Of a stretch of 64,000 nucleotides of DNA, positions 38,246 to 49,924 are shown in pieces. This DNA comes from Pelomyxa schiedti (lineage: Eukaryota > Protista > Evosea). Each line of letters opens with the position of its first letter. The stretch's first letter is position 1. Location: positions 1-64,000 of the forward strand of contig JAHLWZ010000840.1 in assembly GCA_020536535.1 (NCBI GenBank), in the 5' to 3' direction. The translations under genes and the position numbers were made by a program. Below the pieces are notes generated by a model that saw only the letters and a list, made by a program, of their open reading frames with translations, had not been told where the DNA came from and made no database searches.

Positions 38246-38419
38246 GAACCACTCATGCCACCACCTTTGCCATGGTTGCCACAACAATCCCTGGCAACTA
38301 CCTTCACTGGCGCACGTGTCTTTCGCTCTAGAGCCGGTTGTATACAAATTTTTTGTAAGTCGATCTTTGTCTCCAAAATCCGCCGTGGGGAGTCCCAAAT
38401 TTGACGCCAAACGAAACCC

Positions 38420-39772
38420 ATGGCCACAACCGCATTGGCACTCGGCCCCACTCGCCCGGCCAAGGCTCCTCGAACGGCCACGGCGGCACAGGACGTGTTG
38501 TTGTTCGAGTGCCCTCGCCGTGTTCCCATGCCTGCGTCGCTTAGTTTCCACCCCGCTTGCCTGATGCGGGACCAGTTCGCTGCTCTGCTGATGTGCACGC
38601 ACCCTCGCTGCGGAAAATGTTTTGCCAAGCCGCTGGCCGAGGACCCCGTGGGTTGCATTAATACGAACATGCAGGGGCGAGAACAGTTGTGGATTGTGAC
38701 GAGGGTGCTTTGGGGTTGGCTTGTGGATGCGCCCGTTAGGTTATTTTTCTTGAGCTTCAGAATCGGGGGAACGAACGCCGTCACGTTCTGTGTGTCTCCA
38801 CTCATGGGATCAATCACACACGACGTCTGTTGCTGGCGTGATACCAGGCCGGAATGGCGGATCACCGGGTCAAACGGCCACAGCATTCTATCGCAGCATG
38901 ATAGAACCGGACAGACTGAACTTTTCGAAATTGCAACCGACAAGAGTTTGCGCGTGCACTACGACAAGTCCGCGTTGCTATTGATGAATTGCAAGTGGCT
39001 TGTGGAGCGCAGAAAATTGCCTGTGGAGAGCGGATTTAAGTGGCAATTTCTTATCACTCCAACAGGACGGAGCAGCCAGTGCCACAAAGAAGACGATAGC
39101 AGTGTGGCTGTTGATTTTGATTTTGCTGTTCCAGTTACTTTTCCTGCTAAATTCTATGCCAACCCCGGTGCACCTGATGAGTTGCTTCATGTACATTTCA
39201 GTGGCAGCAGTGAGGTCAGGCTGTCTATTCTTGATCTTGCACAGATGTGGGCCACAAAAACTTTGATCCGATCGAGTTCCACAGCAACCAAAATTAAAGG
39301 TACCTTTTGGCAGGTTTCCAAAGTTCTGCTTCTCACCAAACAGAGCGGTGCGCACTCCTTCATCATTCAGATAGCAGAGACTGTTCTTCATGTTGAAGAT
39401 GGGACTGGCAGACAAACAATTCTGTTCAATTCAAGCCAAGAGAGAATGCAGGGTGTTGCACTTGCTGGCCTGTTCCACCTCAGTGGCCCACGTTTCTGCA
39501 TTTCCAAGAACCAGGGGCCCTTCCTCAGCTGTGACTTGTGGGATTGCAACAACACCAGTGGGCATGCATTGAGGACTGTCAATCTCCCAAGGCGCCCCTG
39601 GGATGGATTCTTTGCTGAAGGTGACATGTTTTTCACACTGAGAGGGGAAGCTCGGTGCACAACAATTGAGGTGACTGACAGCACATGGACTGGGACTGAC
39701 AGGAATGTGGTCTGCATCAAGTACAGTCACCTCATTGACATGGATGACCACTACTCTTCTTGCTTGTTGTGA
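38420..39772 (+). CDS. Intronless 450-aa hypothetical protein, probably from a lineage-expanded family
   Basis: Uninterrupted ORF; N-terminal RDQFAALL..THPRCG motif followed by a beta-rich region. Confidence 0.8.
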   Translation: MATTALALGPTRPAKAPRTATAAQDVLLFECPRRVPMPASLSFHPACLMRDQFAALLMCTHPRCGKCFAKPLAEDPVGCINTNMQGREQLWIVTRVLWGWLVDAPVRLFFLSFRIGGTNAVTFCVSPLMGSITHDVCCWRDTRPEWRITGSNGHSILSQHDRTGQTELFEIATDKSLRVHYDKSALLLMNCKWLVERRKLPVESGFKWQFLITPTGRSSQCHKEDDSSVAVDFDFAVPVTFPAKFYANPGAPDELLHVHFSGSSEVRLSILDLAQMWATKTLIRSSSTATKIKGTFWQVSKVLLLTKQSGAHSFIIQIAETVLHVEDGTGRQTILFNSSQERMQGVALAGLFHLSGPRFCISKNQGPFLSCDLWDCNNTSGHALRTVNLPRRPWDGFFAEGDMFFTLRGEARCTTIEVTDSTWTGTDRNVVCIKYSHLIDMDDHYSSCLL

Positions 39773-40011
39773 AATGTGTTTTCTCCTTGTTGAAAGAGCG
39801 AAATTTTGCAGTGGGGAGGTCGGGCGGAATGTAATGTAGACCCTAGTAAGTATGCGGGAAGTATTAACCGAGTTTGAGCCAGAGAGTTGGAGAGTGGGTA
39901 TGAAATTGTGTTGCTTGTTTTCGGGGATCTGAGGCAAGGATTAAAAGCATTGTGTTTTTTGGTGGTACTCACCTCATCGCAAAAGGAAAAAAAAACCAGT
40001 AGCACGAGGGG

Positions 40012-40925
40012 ATGAGTACCGGCGGAGATCTTGTTGTGAAGTTCATAGGGGAAGATAACTTTGTTTGCAAATGCGAAGAGGGTGACGTTGGTGTTGCGGC
40101 GAGGACTAACTTCGCTCCTATCAAACTGCTCTATGGTGTGTCGTGCGGAATCATGTTTCTCAGTTTGCCTTTTTGAAATGCACGCGGTCACATCGTAGGC
40201 TTTGTGGAGGGAAAGGCCGATGACTGGGACCGGGTTTTTAGTAGCGAAATAACTTACAAGAACGCTTCTGCTGGAGGAGGAAACAATGCTGTCACTGTGA
40301 CAATTCCTCAAAATGTGAAACGAATTCGTACTCTTTCTCCCCACTGTGAACAGTGTGAAATAGCCACTTACACTTTCTGCTGGATACAGGCGAGACACAT
40401 CTTTGTATACTGCTTTGACTATTACGTTTGGAGTGAGTCATATAGTGGCCTTACTAGGCAGCTACACTCTACTTCGCCATCCTTCATTCCTGCACAGTCA
40501 TTGAGCAGTTGTTCTGGATTTGTCAAACTCCCAATTGAATGGAGACACCAACACATTCATACACCCTCTGAGGCCACAATAACTGTGGGTAGCTGGCATG
40601 TCGAAAACGCTTGGTTGTGTTGCGTGTTCACTGGGTATTCCCATGATGCTACTGAAACTGCCTCCTGGTCTTTCTCAATGTTTCTATTCCAACTTGACCA
40701 CCGTTTGCAGGAAGGACGCATTTGGCAATTACGGGTGCCAGAGCACCCTTCAACCAATTCTCAGTGGTGGATACAAGGTTGGTACTCACTTCCATAATGT
40801 ACATTCACATTTTTTCAGCGCCAGGGGTACATGGTGGACCTGTGGCAGCTCTCCCCATCTTCCGCACTACTTGCACCACACATTGCGTTCCGTGTAAGGT
40901 ATCGTGTTGGCGAGTCCATTTATGA
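40012..40925 (+). CDS. Hypothetical protein (tentative multi-exon model)
   Basis: ATG 40012 MSTGGDLVVKFIGED... can splice into ORF 40204-40797; 3' end uncertain. Confidence 0.4.
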
Positions 40926-41038
40926 GAGTCCTGCCTTCTTTACCAGCTAAGTTTGTAAGAAAAGAAAAGAGCTTTTTTTTTTGCCGGAAATGAAGGGATG
41001 TATTCGAAAAATCTTCCATAACACAGGCATTCACTACA

Positions 41039-43205
41039 TTACACCTTGACCTTGACTTTGTCTTGCAGGTTTCCAGCCTCAATAATGTCCACCACTTCTT
41101 GTGCGGTGGGTCTGAGTGTTGGGTCTTGTTGCCAACAGGCTTCTATCAATTGCTTCCACTCAGCCGGGCAGTCAGGTTCTATGTCAGGGCGGTCTCCTTG
41201 CATCACTCTGACTTCTGGGGACAGCTCAGTTTCCCAAGGGAATTTTCCCAAATTGAACAGTTCCTGTTATGGATGTGAGATTCTTTCTTTAATTTACTCT
41301 TGAAATAAATATTGTTATTACAGCATAAGGTATCATACCCAAAGAACCATCCCGTAAGAGAAAACATCTACTTTGCAGGACCAAGGTTCTCTTGAAGAAG
41401 GATCGTAATCATCCCCATTAGCAGTTGCTTCCCCCGTTTGCCTTCTCTTAGTGCCAGATGCCCGCTTCCGTCTCATGATTTCAGGAGCCTTCCAGTAACT
41501 CTGGCCGTGATGTGGGGTGCTCCAGGATAGACCATCCTTATTGACTCGCAAGGATAGACCAAAGTCACACAACCGGGGTTCAACAGTCGAGGTCACGAGA
41601 ATATTGCGTGATGTGAGATCGAGATGGCATATTTTACACGAGTGTACACGTGCCATTGCTCTCGCAATTCCCGCGGCTATTCTTCCGCGATTGGGAAGAA
41701 TAGTATCATTGAGGCAAACTGTATTCTATCCCCAAACGTGAACCAAAATGTGGGCAGGGTTGGGCACATACTTGAGAATTACGAGAATAAGATTTGTTCC
41801 TTGTTTTTATGTCACAATCACTTTTGTGAAGAACATCAAATAAACTGCCATAGGAGCAATACTCCATAATAATTCCGCGCACTCTGCCACAACAATATCC
41901 AACAAATTCGATGATATTATCTTGGTTTCCGAGTGTCCTGAAAAATTGTGATTATATTTCAAAATGAGGCAAAGGGCATACAATAGTATCTCCAGTTCCA
42001 TTAAAAAGCATTTTATATTGCTGGAATTCCGAAACATCTTGATCGCAACGTCTCGATTTCTTACCACACCACGGAATACGACTGCTGAAGCACCTGACCC
42101 TAGAAGTGTCCAGGAGTGAGCTCCTCGGTTCAATTCTGCATCGGATATTTCTGATCAAATGGAAGATATTAGAAAGAGAATGAAATGAAGATCAAAACAG
42201 GTTACCTAAAGCATGTATTTCACTGTTTCGAAAAAACCAGGTATCATCTGACCAAAATGGCTCCTTTATGTGCCTCGCTTTATGGGCCTTTTTTGGGTTA
42301 CATCGTACTGGTTCTTCTTCAGGAGGACGGAACGGGCCACTTGTAACCCACCAATCCACAGTCTCTCCTTCGCTCTCAGGAGGGTTATCTGCCGGCATAT
42401 TGCTTGCAGACTCGCAGGAAATGTTGTCTTTATCCAACGCAGCGTACCGCTTTCGGCACGTTCTCGACCGCTTTCTATGTGAAGACTGAACCTCAGGTAC
42501 AGCCACTGGAACAGAAACAGGAGGAAGTTGCGCGGGCGGGAACGAAATAGGACTGGGACTGCTATCACACACAGGTGCCGTGATATCGACATCTTCAGTG
42601 CCGGTGGAATATGTTTGTTCATCACATAAAGGAGCAGCGGGAGAGTATTCATCGTCGTCCCCCGAGTAATCCAACCTGGCAGCCGAAGTAGCGGCAGTGG
42701 TGGTTGTCGGCGTCATCGCGACCACCGGTGGGACATGTGACGCCGTAGCGAGATTCGAAGCCGGAAGCGGGGCCAGGGGTGGCGCCGCTGCCGTGGTCGT
42801 CCCATAACTGGTAACACCGCCGCCTCCCATGCATAGCGAATTGTACCGCAAAATAGGTTGCGAGGTTTGCTCGTGAACGTGCCCTTGTGCTTGTATTTGT
42901 TGGTGTTCTTGCTGCTGTAGTGCAAGTGGCGGCGGCGACGGTGGTTGGTCCGAGAATGCCAACTGTTCATGTTGTTGCTGTTGCTGTTGCTGATGATGGT
43001 GCTGGAGGGCTCCTCCAGGCGAGTGTTCCTGCAATTGTTGCGTGGTTTGTTGCTGTTGTTGTTGGTGTTGGTGTTGGTGGTGATTGTGGTGGGCTTTGTT
43101 TTGCAAGTGGATTTGCTTCTGGTGTAGCTTTTGGAGTACGGGCGTCGGGGTTTTTGCCTGCGCGCCCGCGAGAAGAGTGAGGACCGATCCACTCAATTGG
43201 TGCAT
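41039..43205 (-). CDS. TKL-group protein kinase with Gln/His-rich N-terminus
   Basis: LGSGASAVVF, VAIK, HLDLTSRNILV, CDFGLS, WKAPE, DVFSYG, CWQQDPTLRP. Confidence 0.92.
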
Positions 43206-44701
43206 CTACTTGTGTGTTGTTCTGAATTGCCTATGGTTGCGTTGGTGTTTGTGTGTGGGCGTGTCGCTGTTGACCGTGGGGTGATGTTTCTTTTTGGTTT
43301 TTTGGGTGTTAAAAAAAACGGTTGGTTACAGGTCTTTCTTGGTTGAGGGAACGTGGGCATCCACGATAGGCCAAGGGTGCACAAGGCAGTTGTTTCCCCC
43401 GTTTTGCTTTTCCTTGTCTGCTGTTGGTGTGGTGCCAGGGTTCAAAAGGGAAAAAAAAATGGAACTTTTTGAATCTCTTAATCTCTTATCTGTAGAACAG
43501 GGTGCAACTTTTCGGGAGCCGGGGATGGTCCCATCAATTATGTAAATGAAGGCTTGGGGCCATGTTCCAAACCTATGGGTGTTAAGTTTGCCAACTATTG
43601 TTCTGGCTGGTCCGTTGGTTACCTTCATGGAAGATAAAAGTGTTGGGTAATTTGAAGAGCAACTGTTGACTTGCCTAAAGTGAACGGTACTTACTTGACT
43701 AAAGTGTAGAGGAAAACCTGGAGTTGTTGGGTCAAAATCCTCCTTAAATTATTGTTCTCTCGATTCTGAATTGACACCACGCATCTGTTGATGAACATAA
43801 TGAGAAGCGAAAATGTGAATGGGAAGGAACCCCAAACTCCTCAACGAATTCCAATAATCTACTCGGAGTTCCAAACCCACCCATGGGTGCATTCAACTTC
43901 AGGAGAAATGAGCATCTCGGGTCGTCATTGCCTTGTATTTGCCTACCGTGACCGGCAGAAATCTTAGGAATAACCGGAAATAAGATGGAAGAGAGAAGGG
44001 AGCCCTTATTGTTGGTTTTCTTTGCTTCTTTGAGAGTTGCCTTGAGTAGAAGTTCTATCCTACAAAAAGAGAAGCTGAGCGCTGGATTCCTCGTCGTTTT
44101 TGGTACACCTACGGCTTACGATAGTAAAGGCACGCAATAATGCCGTCACTCCGCTTCTATATTTTTCGCAAAAGCGAAGCAGTGTTACTGTAGTTGTGTG
44201 ACTGGCTAGTCTACAGCCAGACAGTTGATTATGGGTGCCGGCGTAATGTTATGGGAGGGAACTGATTGGGCTGACACTTTGAAGGCGTGGTTGCGGAGCA
44301 TTGTTGCAGTGTCCTTTCGCAGCCAACTCCCTGAAGAATCACTCAGTGAAAACTCGTTTGCTATTGGGAGTGACCGCAACCACTTCCAGCCACTATGCAC
44401 TCCGAACTTGGAGCTACTTCCCACGAACCCCATTGTGATGGTTCCTTGAAGGCCTGAATCAGCAAGCCCTTTTATTCCGCCATTTGAGCCCTTTTCAACA
44501 ATACTCGCCGAGAGTTGTATTATTATGTGGTGGTCAGAGAATTGTCTGAGTTCCAGAAATGCAGATCGGGGCATAGTGTCACAACATCACAAACGGCAAA
44601 GCACTTCAGAGAAGGTGTTTCGTGAAACACACACGTGAAAAGCAGGCGTTTTTGTATAGGAAAAGAAAACCCCTTTTTTTTTCCTACAGCAAAGTAAAAG
44701 G

Positions 44702-46702
44702 ATGGCCACCGACACTTCCCCTTCAGCTGAAGGAGTTCTGATGATGACAAACGAACCAGGCACTGCAAGCCCAAAGCTTGAAGATAATACTGCCCCGCCA
44801 TGCCTTCTCCTCCCTCCGTGGGAAGAAGAGCCTCATGCACAAGATGACAGCGTGGGGGATATGGCTCTTGTAGTCAGCCGCAACTATGTCTGGCCTAGAA
44901 ATAGCACTCTTCGGTACTACTTCAAAGAGAGTCCGCATTGCGGTATGTGCCTTTCAAGCTTCATTTTCGTGTTTGCCTTACATCAATCACTTAGATCCCA
45001 GTCAGACACGAGTTGTGGAATGGGCATGGAAGACGTGGAAAGACTGCAACATATCGCTTAACTTCATGAGAACAGAGAGGCAAGACAATGCCGACATACG
45101 TATTTCGTTTGTGTGGGAAAAAGAAACGGGAGCTCGAATTCCTGGAAGCTCCTACTCACAGGTCGGGACACACTGTCAATCAATCCCCCAACTACAAGAG
45201 ACAATGAACTTTGGCTGGGATCTGCAGTAGATCAGGAAAGAAAATGATTCTATTCTAACATTTACCTAAGAAAGTGGCCACATACAGCACTGCATGAAAT
45301 TGGGCATGCTCTGGGATTTTTCCATGAACATCAGCACCCTAATTGCCGTACCATTTTAATACCTTGGATGTTTCTCAGTTGCCAACAGACCTCAAGTGGA
45401 ATGAACAAGCAGTCTACAACCACTATAGAACGTACAAGTGGGATGCAGCACAAGTGGATAGGCAGATTTTGCATTCTGTGCCTGTTGGGGATGTTGACTG
45501 GAACAACAGCAGTGACTGGGACTCCCATTCAATCATGCAGTACCCTTTCAAGCAATTCCTCCTCGCGGGACCCCCGGAATACGCCGCAAAAGGGATCCCA
45601 GAAAATACTGCGTTATCAACAATAGACAAGGAGAGGATTCACAAGCTATATGACCCAGGTTCTACAGCTGTGGCAATGCAACCCAGGGTCACGCCGATAA
45701 AGAATCCAACCTCAGTAATAATGAATATCGAAGCAATGCTATTCATTGGAAAGGGTAATGCCACTGAACGGCTAGATATTTGCGGAAAGGAGACTGCTCT
45801 CGACTGGTATCAGGTATATGGATTATGTAACTGTACAGAAGATGAGTAAATTGGTGGGTTCGACACTAATCTTGAAACAAATAGGCTGGTCCGGATTACC
45901 AATGTATTTTCATTACTTTCATTCCCAAAGGCGATCCTGCTACAACGCTGCCACAGTTTATGGATTTTGAACAGAAAACTGGTTCAGTGATATTGAATAG
46001 ATATCTTGGGGAGAGCTGTTTCTTCCGGTATGCAAATAACTGGATGACTGCCTGCTTAACTTTTCCCCAGAAAAGAGAAGGCTTCCAGAGGCCAGGCATT
46101 GCTTAATTTGAAGATCTTTGATTACATGCACCTTGAAAATCTATCTCTGAAAGTAAATCACGCTGGTGATCCAGCTGTGTCCACCGGGCAGTGGGCGGCT
46201 TTTGTGGGATCCAAAGATGAAATCGTCCTCAAACATGCAGCTGGCCATGGTTATGTGGGAATTGAAAACGGGTCTGTAGTATCGGTTCCAGGGCCGCAAC
46301 ATGCTCTCAAGTGGTACCAGGTTGGCAATTCTCTCTTGGTCCCAAGTAAATTTTGTTTCTCAGGTGGGATCAGATGACCGCTGTATCTTTGTAACCTTCA
46401 CGATTTTCAATCGTGAAGTGCGCTGTTACGATGCAAGATTACTTACTTGCTGTGTAGGCAACAGCTCGGGGACACCAAGCTCTGCCGAGCTTGGGTACAT
46501 AGGAGACGGATCATGTGTTTTCAAGTAAGTCATCTACAACATCAGTTTTCTTACCAGCACTCTTAGGAAAGAAAACACCACAAATGGAGGCTTTTTCCTC
46601 TACAACCAAGAAACCAGGACCCACTTGCACTGCGACGGCCCACACACTAGAATTGGGTGGGCACTCAAGAAAGAATCTATTTGGGTGGCTGAAATATGGT
46701 AG
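44702..46702 (+). CDS. Astacin-like (metzincin) zinc metalloprotease with duplicated C-terminal beta domain, copy 1
   Basis: ADIRISF...SYSQVG...TMNFGW, HTALHEIGHALGFFHEHQHP, Met-turn DSHSIMQYP, LSTIDK. Confidence 0.9.
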
Positions 46703-47816
46703 TGGGTACAACACAGTGACTGACAATGACACGCAAGAAAGAAAAAATCGTTTTTTTTTATGGTCAGTAGTACGCTACACGACGGAATAGCGACTTAGCT
46801 TTCCCTTCACAAGACCAAATAACTTGTGGCGAGGTGACTTCGCGTCGCTGTAGTTCTAAGTACGGTTCTAATCACTGATGGATTTCTGGGAAACTACAGC
46901 GATTCACTGTGATTAGGGGGAGGAGGAGATTGAGGTGACAATCAGTTCTCCAAACCCAATCTACCTTGGCACACAAACACAACTGGAACAAAGTCTAGTT
47001 TTGGGGGTAGGAGGGGACTCTACATTTTTTTTTTGCTGTAGCTTCTTCAAGGTACCATTTTTTCCTCCTTTTCAATGACGCAGATATGTTCACTGCAAGT
47101 AGGGGGAATGGGGCTGACATGCAGTCCTTGTGATGTGTTGTGAAAGTGATGACTTCCCGAAAAAGGGAATCACAGAGTCAGCCCTGAGCAACCCTCAGAA
47201 GTCGGACAACTTCTGGGAATTCAATGGCACATGACGCTGTGCTGTGCGTCCACTGAATACTTGGAATTCATGGGAGACAGGGCTTATAAGCAACACCACT
47301 TTCACCACAAACGCCTCAAGATCAATTAAAATAAATAAATACTTTGTTCCCTCCTTATCTCGCTACAAACGTGTTCGTCACTCCCCGTCAGGGACACAAC
47401 TCACAGTGTGTTCATTTCATTCCACTCCTGCTAATTCCACAGCTGCTTCAAATCTGTGGTATCCTCCTCTCTGACTTTTTGATGTTGTAGGGATTAGAAT
47501 GCCGTTTCTCTACAAGTGGAGGCTGCTGGCCATCAGTTAGCATGTGGGTATCAGGCAATCCCTCGAGGTTACACCCAGCTGGTTCTTCCATCACACAACC
47601 TATCATGCCCATGTCAGATCCCCTGTTCCCTTTGTATCACTTACTACCAAGGTGCAATCGTGTCACCACAGGATCGCCGTCTGGCGTTTTATTCCTAAGG
47701 AGCCAGAAATAGATTGTCACATCACAAACGTCAGAGAAGTGTTTTCGGGAAACCGACAGTCGTTTTAGTGCAACAAAAACACTTTTTTTTTTAAAATAAA
47801 ACACAAAAGATCCAGG

Positions 47817-49805
47817 ATGGCAACCGGCACTCCCCCTTCGACTCAAGGAGTTCAGTTGCCAAACGAACAAAGCACCACCACCCCAAGCCCGAAACTCGAT
47901 GAGACTGCCCCACCATGTCTTCTCCTTCTTCCGTGGGGAGACAAGTCGGGTGCATCGGCTGACGTTGGGGATATGGCTCTTGCAGTCAGCCGAAAATACA
48001 CCTGGCCCAGAAATCAGACTCTTCGGTACTACTTCAAAGAGGGTCCGCATTGCAGTAAGTGCCTTTGAAGCTTCTTTTTCGTGTTTGCTTATATCAAGCA
48101 CTCAGCTGCCATTCAGACACAAGTTGTGGAATCGGCATGGAAGACGTGGAAAGACTGCAACATCTCACTTAATTTCGTGAGAACGGAGACTCAGGAAGAT
48201 GCGGAAATACGTATTTCGTTTGTGTGGGCCAACGAAACAGGAGCTCGAATTCCTGGAAGCTCCTACTCACAGGTCGGAACACATTGTCAAACAATCCCCA
48301 AAACGCAAGAGACAATGAACTTTGGCTGGGATCTGCAGTAAGCACAGTAAAAAATGATTCTGTTCTAACATTTATCTCAGAAACTATCCTCATACAGCAT
48401 TGCATGAAATTGGGCATGCTCTGGGATTTTTTCATGAGCATCAGCACCCTTTTTGCAGTAACTGTCCCTTTTAATACCTTGAAAATTTCTCAGTTGTCAA
48501 CAGACCTTAAATGGAATGAACAAGCAGTCTACGACTACTATAGAAGGTATAACTGGGATACAGCGCAAGTGAATAGGCAGATTTTGCATTCGGAAGATAT
48601 TGAGGATGTTGACTGGAACCACAGTAGTGACTGGGACTCTCATTCAATCATGCAGTATCCTTTTAATCACTGCCTGCTCAGAGGGCCCCCTAGCTACATG
48701 ACAACAGGGATCCCAGAAAATACTACGTTATCAACAATAGACAAGGAGAGGGTTCACAACCTCTATGACCCAGGTTCTACAAGTGCAACAACAATGCAAC
48801 CCGGTGTCCCGCCTATAAGGAATTCAACTGGATTAATAATGAATATCGAAGCTAGCCTGTTCGTTGGCAAGTGCAATCCCAGTCAATTGCTACATATTTG
48901 CACACAGGAGAATGCCCTCGAATGGTATCAGGTATACCACACATTCTGTAACTGGATACATAAGATGAGTAAATCGGTGAGTTAGAGAATAATCTTGCAA
49001 CAAATAGGCTGGTCCGGATTACCAATGTATTTTCATTACTTTCATGCCCACAGTAGATTCTGGTACAACGACGCCACAGTTCATGGATTCCCAAGATGGT
49101 TCAGTGTATTTGACTAGGGAGCTTAAGGACAGTTGTTTCTTCCGGTATACCAATAACTGGATGACTGCCTACTTAACTTTTCATAAGAAAAGAGAAGGCT
49201 TACAGAGGCCGGGCATTGCTCCATTTGAAGAGCTTTGATTACATGCACCTTGCACAGCTGTCTCTGAAAGTAAATCCTGCTGGTGATCCGGCAGTGGCCA
49301 CGGGGCAGTGGGAGGCTTTTGTTGGATCTGTAGATGAGATCCTCCTCAAACAGGCATGTGGCTATGGTTATGTGGGAATAGAAAACGGCAGGGTAATGTT
49401 GGTTCCAGGGCCGCAAAATGCTCTCAAGTGGTACCAGGTTGGCAATTCTACTCCAGGACCAAAGTAAATTTTGTTTCTCAGGTTGGACCAGATCACCGCT
49501 GTATCTTTGTAACCTTTGTGATTTTGAATCATGGCTGCTATGAAGCAAGAGTACTTACTGGCGTTTCCATTAGCAAGGGACCAATCTCTGCAACCCTTGG
49601 GGACTCAGGAGACCTATCATGTGTTTTCCAGTAAGTCTTGTTCAGCGTCGTTTTCTTACGTGGCGCTCTTAGGAAAGAAAATACAACAAATGGAGGCTTT
49701 TTCCTCTACAGCCAAACAACCATGACCTACTTGCATTGCGATGGTCCTCACACTCCTATTACGTGGGAATCCAAGAGATCTGTTTGGGTTACTGAACGAT
49801 GGTAG
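47817..49805 (+). CDS. Astacin-like zinc metalloprotease, tandem copy 2
   Basis: Same motifs and intron positions as copy 1 (HEIGHALGFFHEHQHP, SIMQYP); reading frame appears intact after splicing. Confidence 0.9.
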
Positions 49806-49924
49806 TACACCAAGAAACAACCAAAGGAAAATAAAAAGTCAATTCCTCGAAATTGTCCGCCATCACCAATCATAGCAAACTAAAAAATTCAACAGCGGGT
49901 CCACGTGTGGCTTTTTTATCCCCA

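Noticed and set aside
47110-47290. RNase MRP/P-like motifs (agtccttg ... acagggctta, GAAAA loop) and a SECIS-like hairpin
   Set aside because: No P3 element or proper CR-I consensus, and the stem is too short for a SECIS; not supportable without a covariance search.
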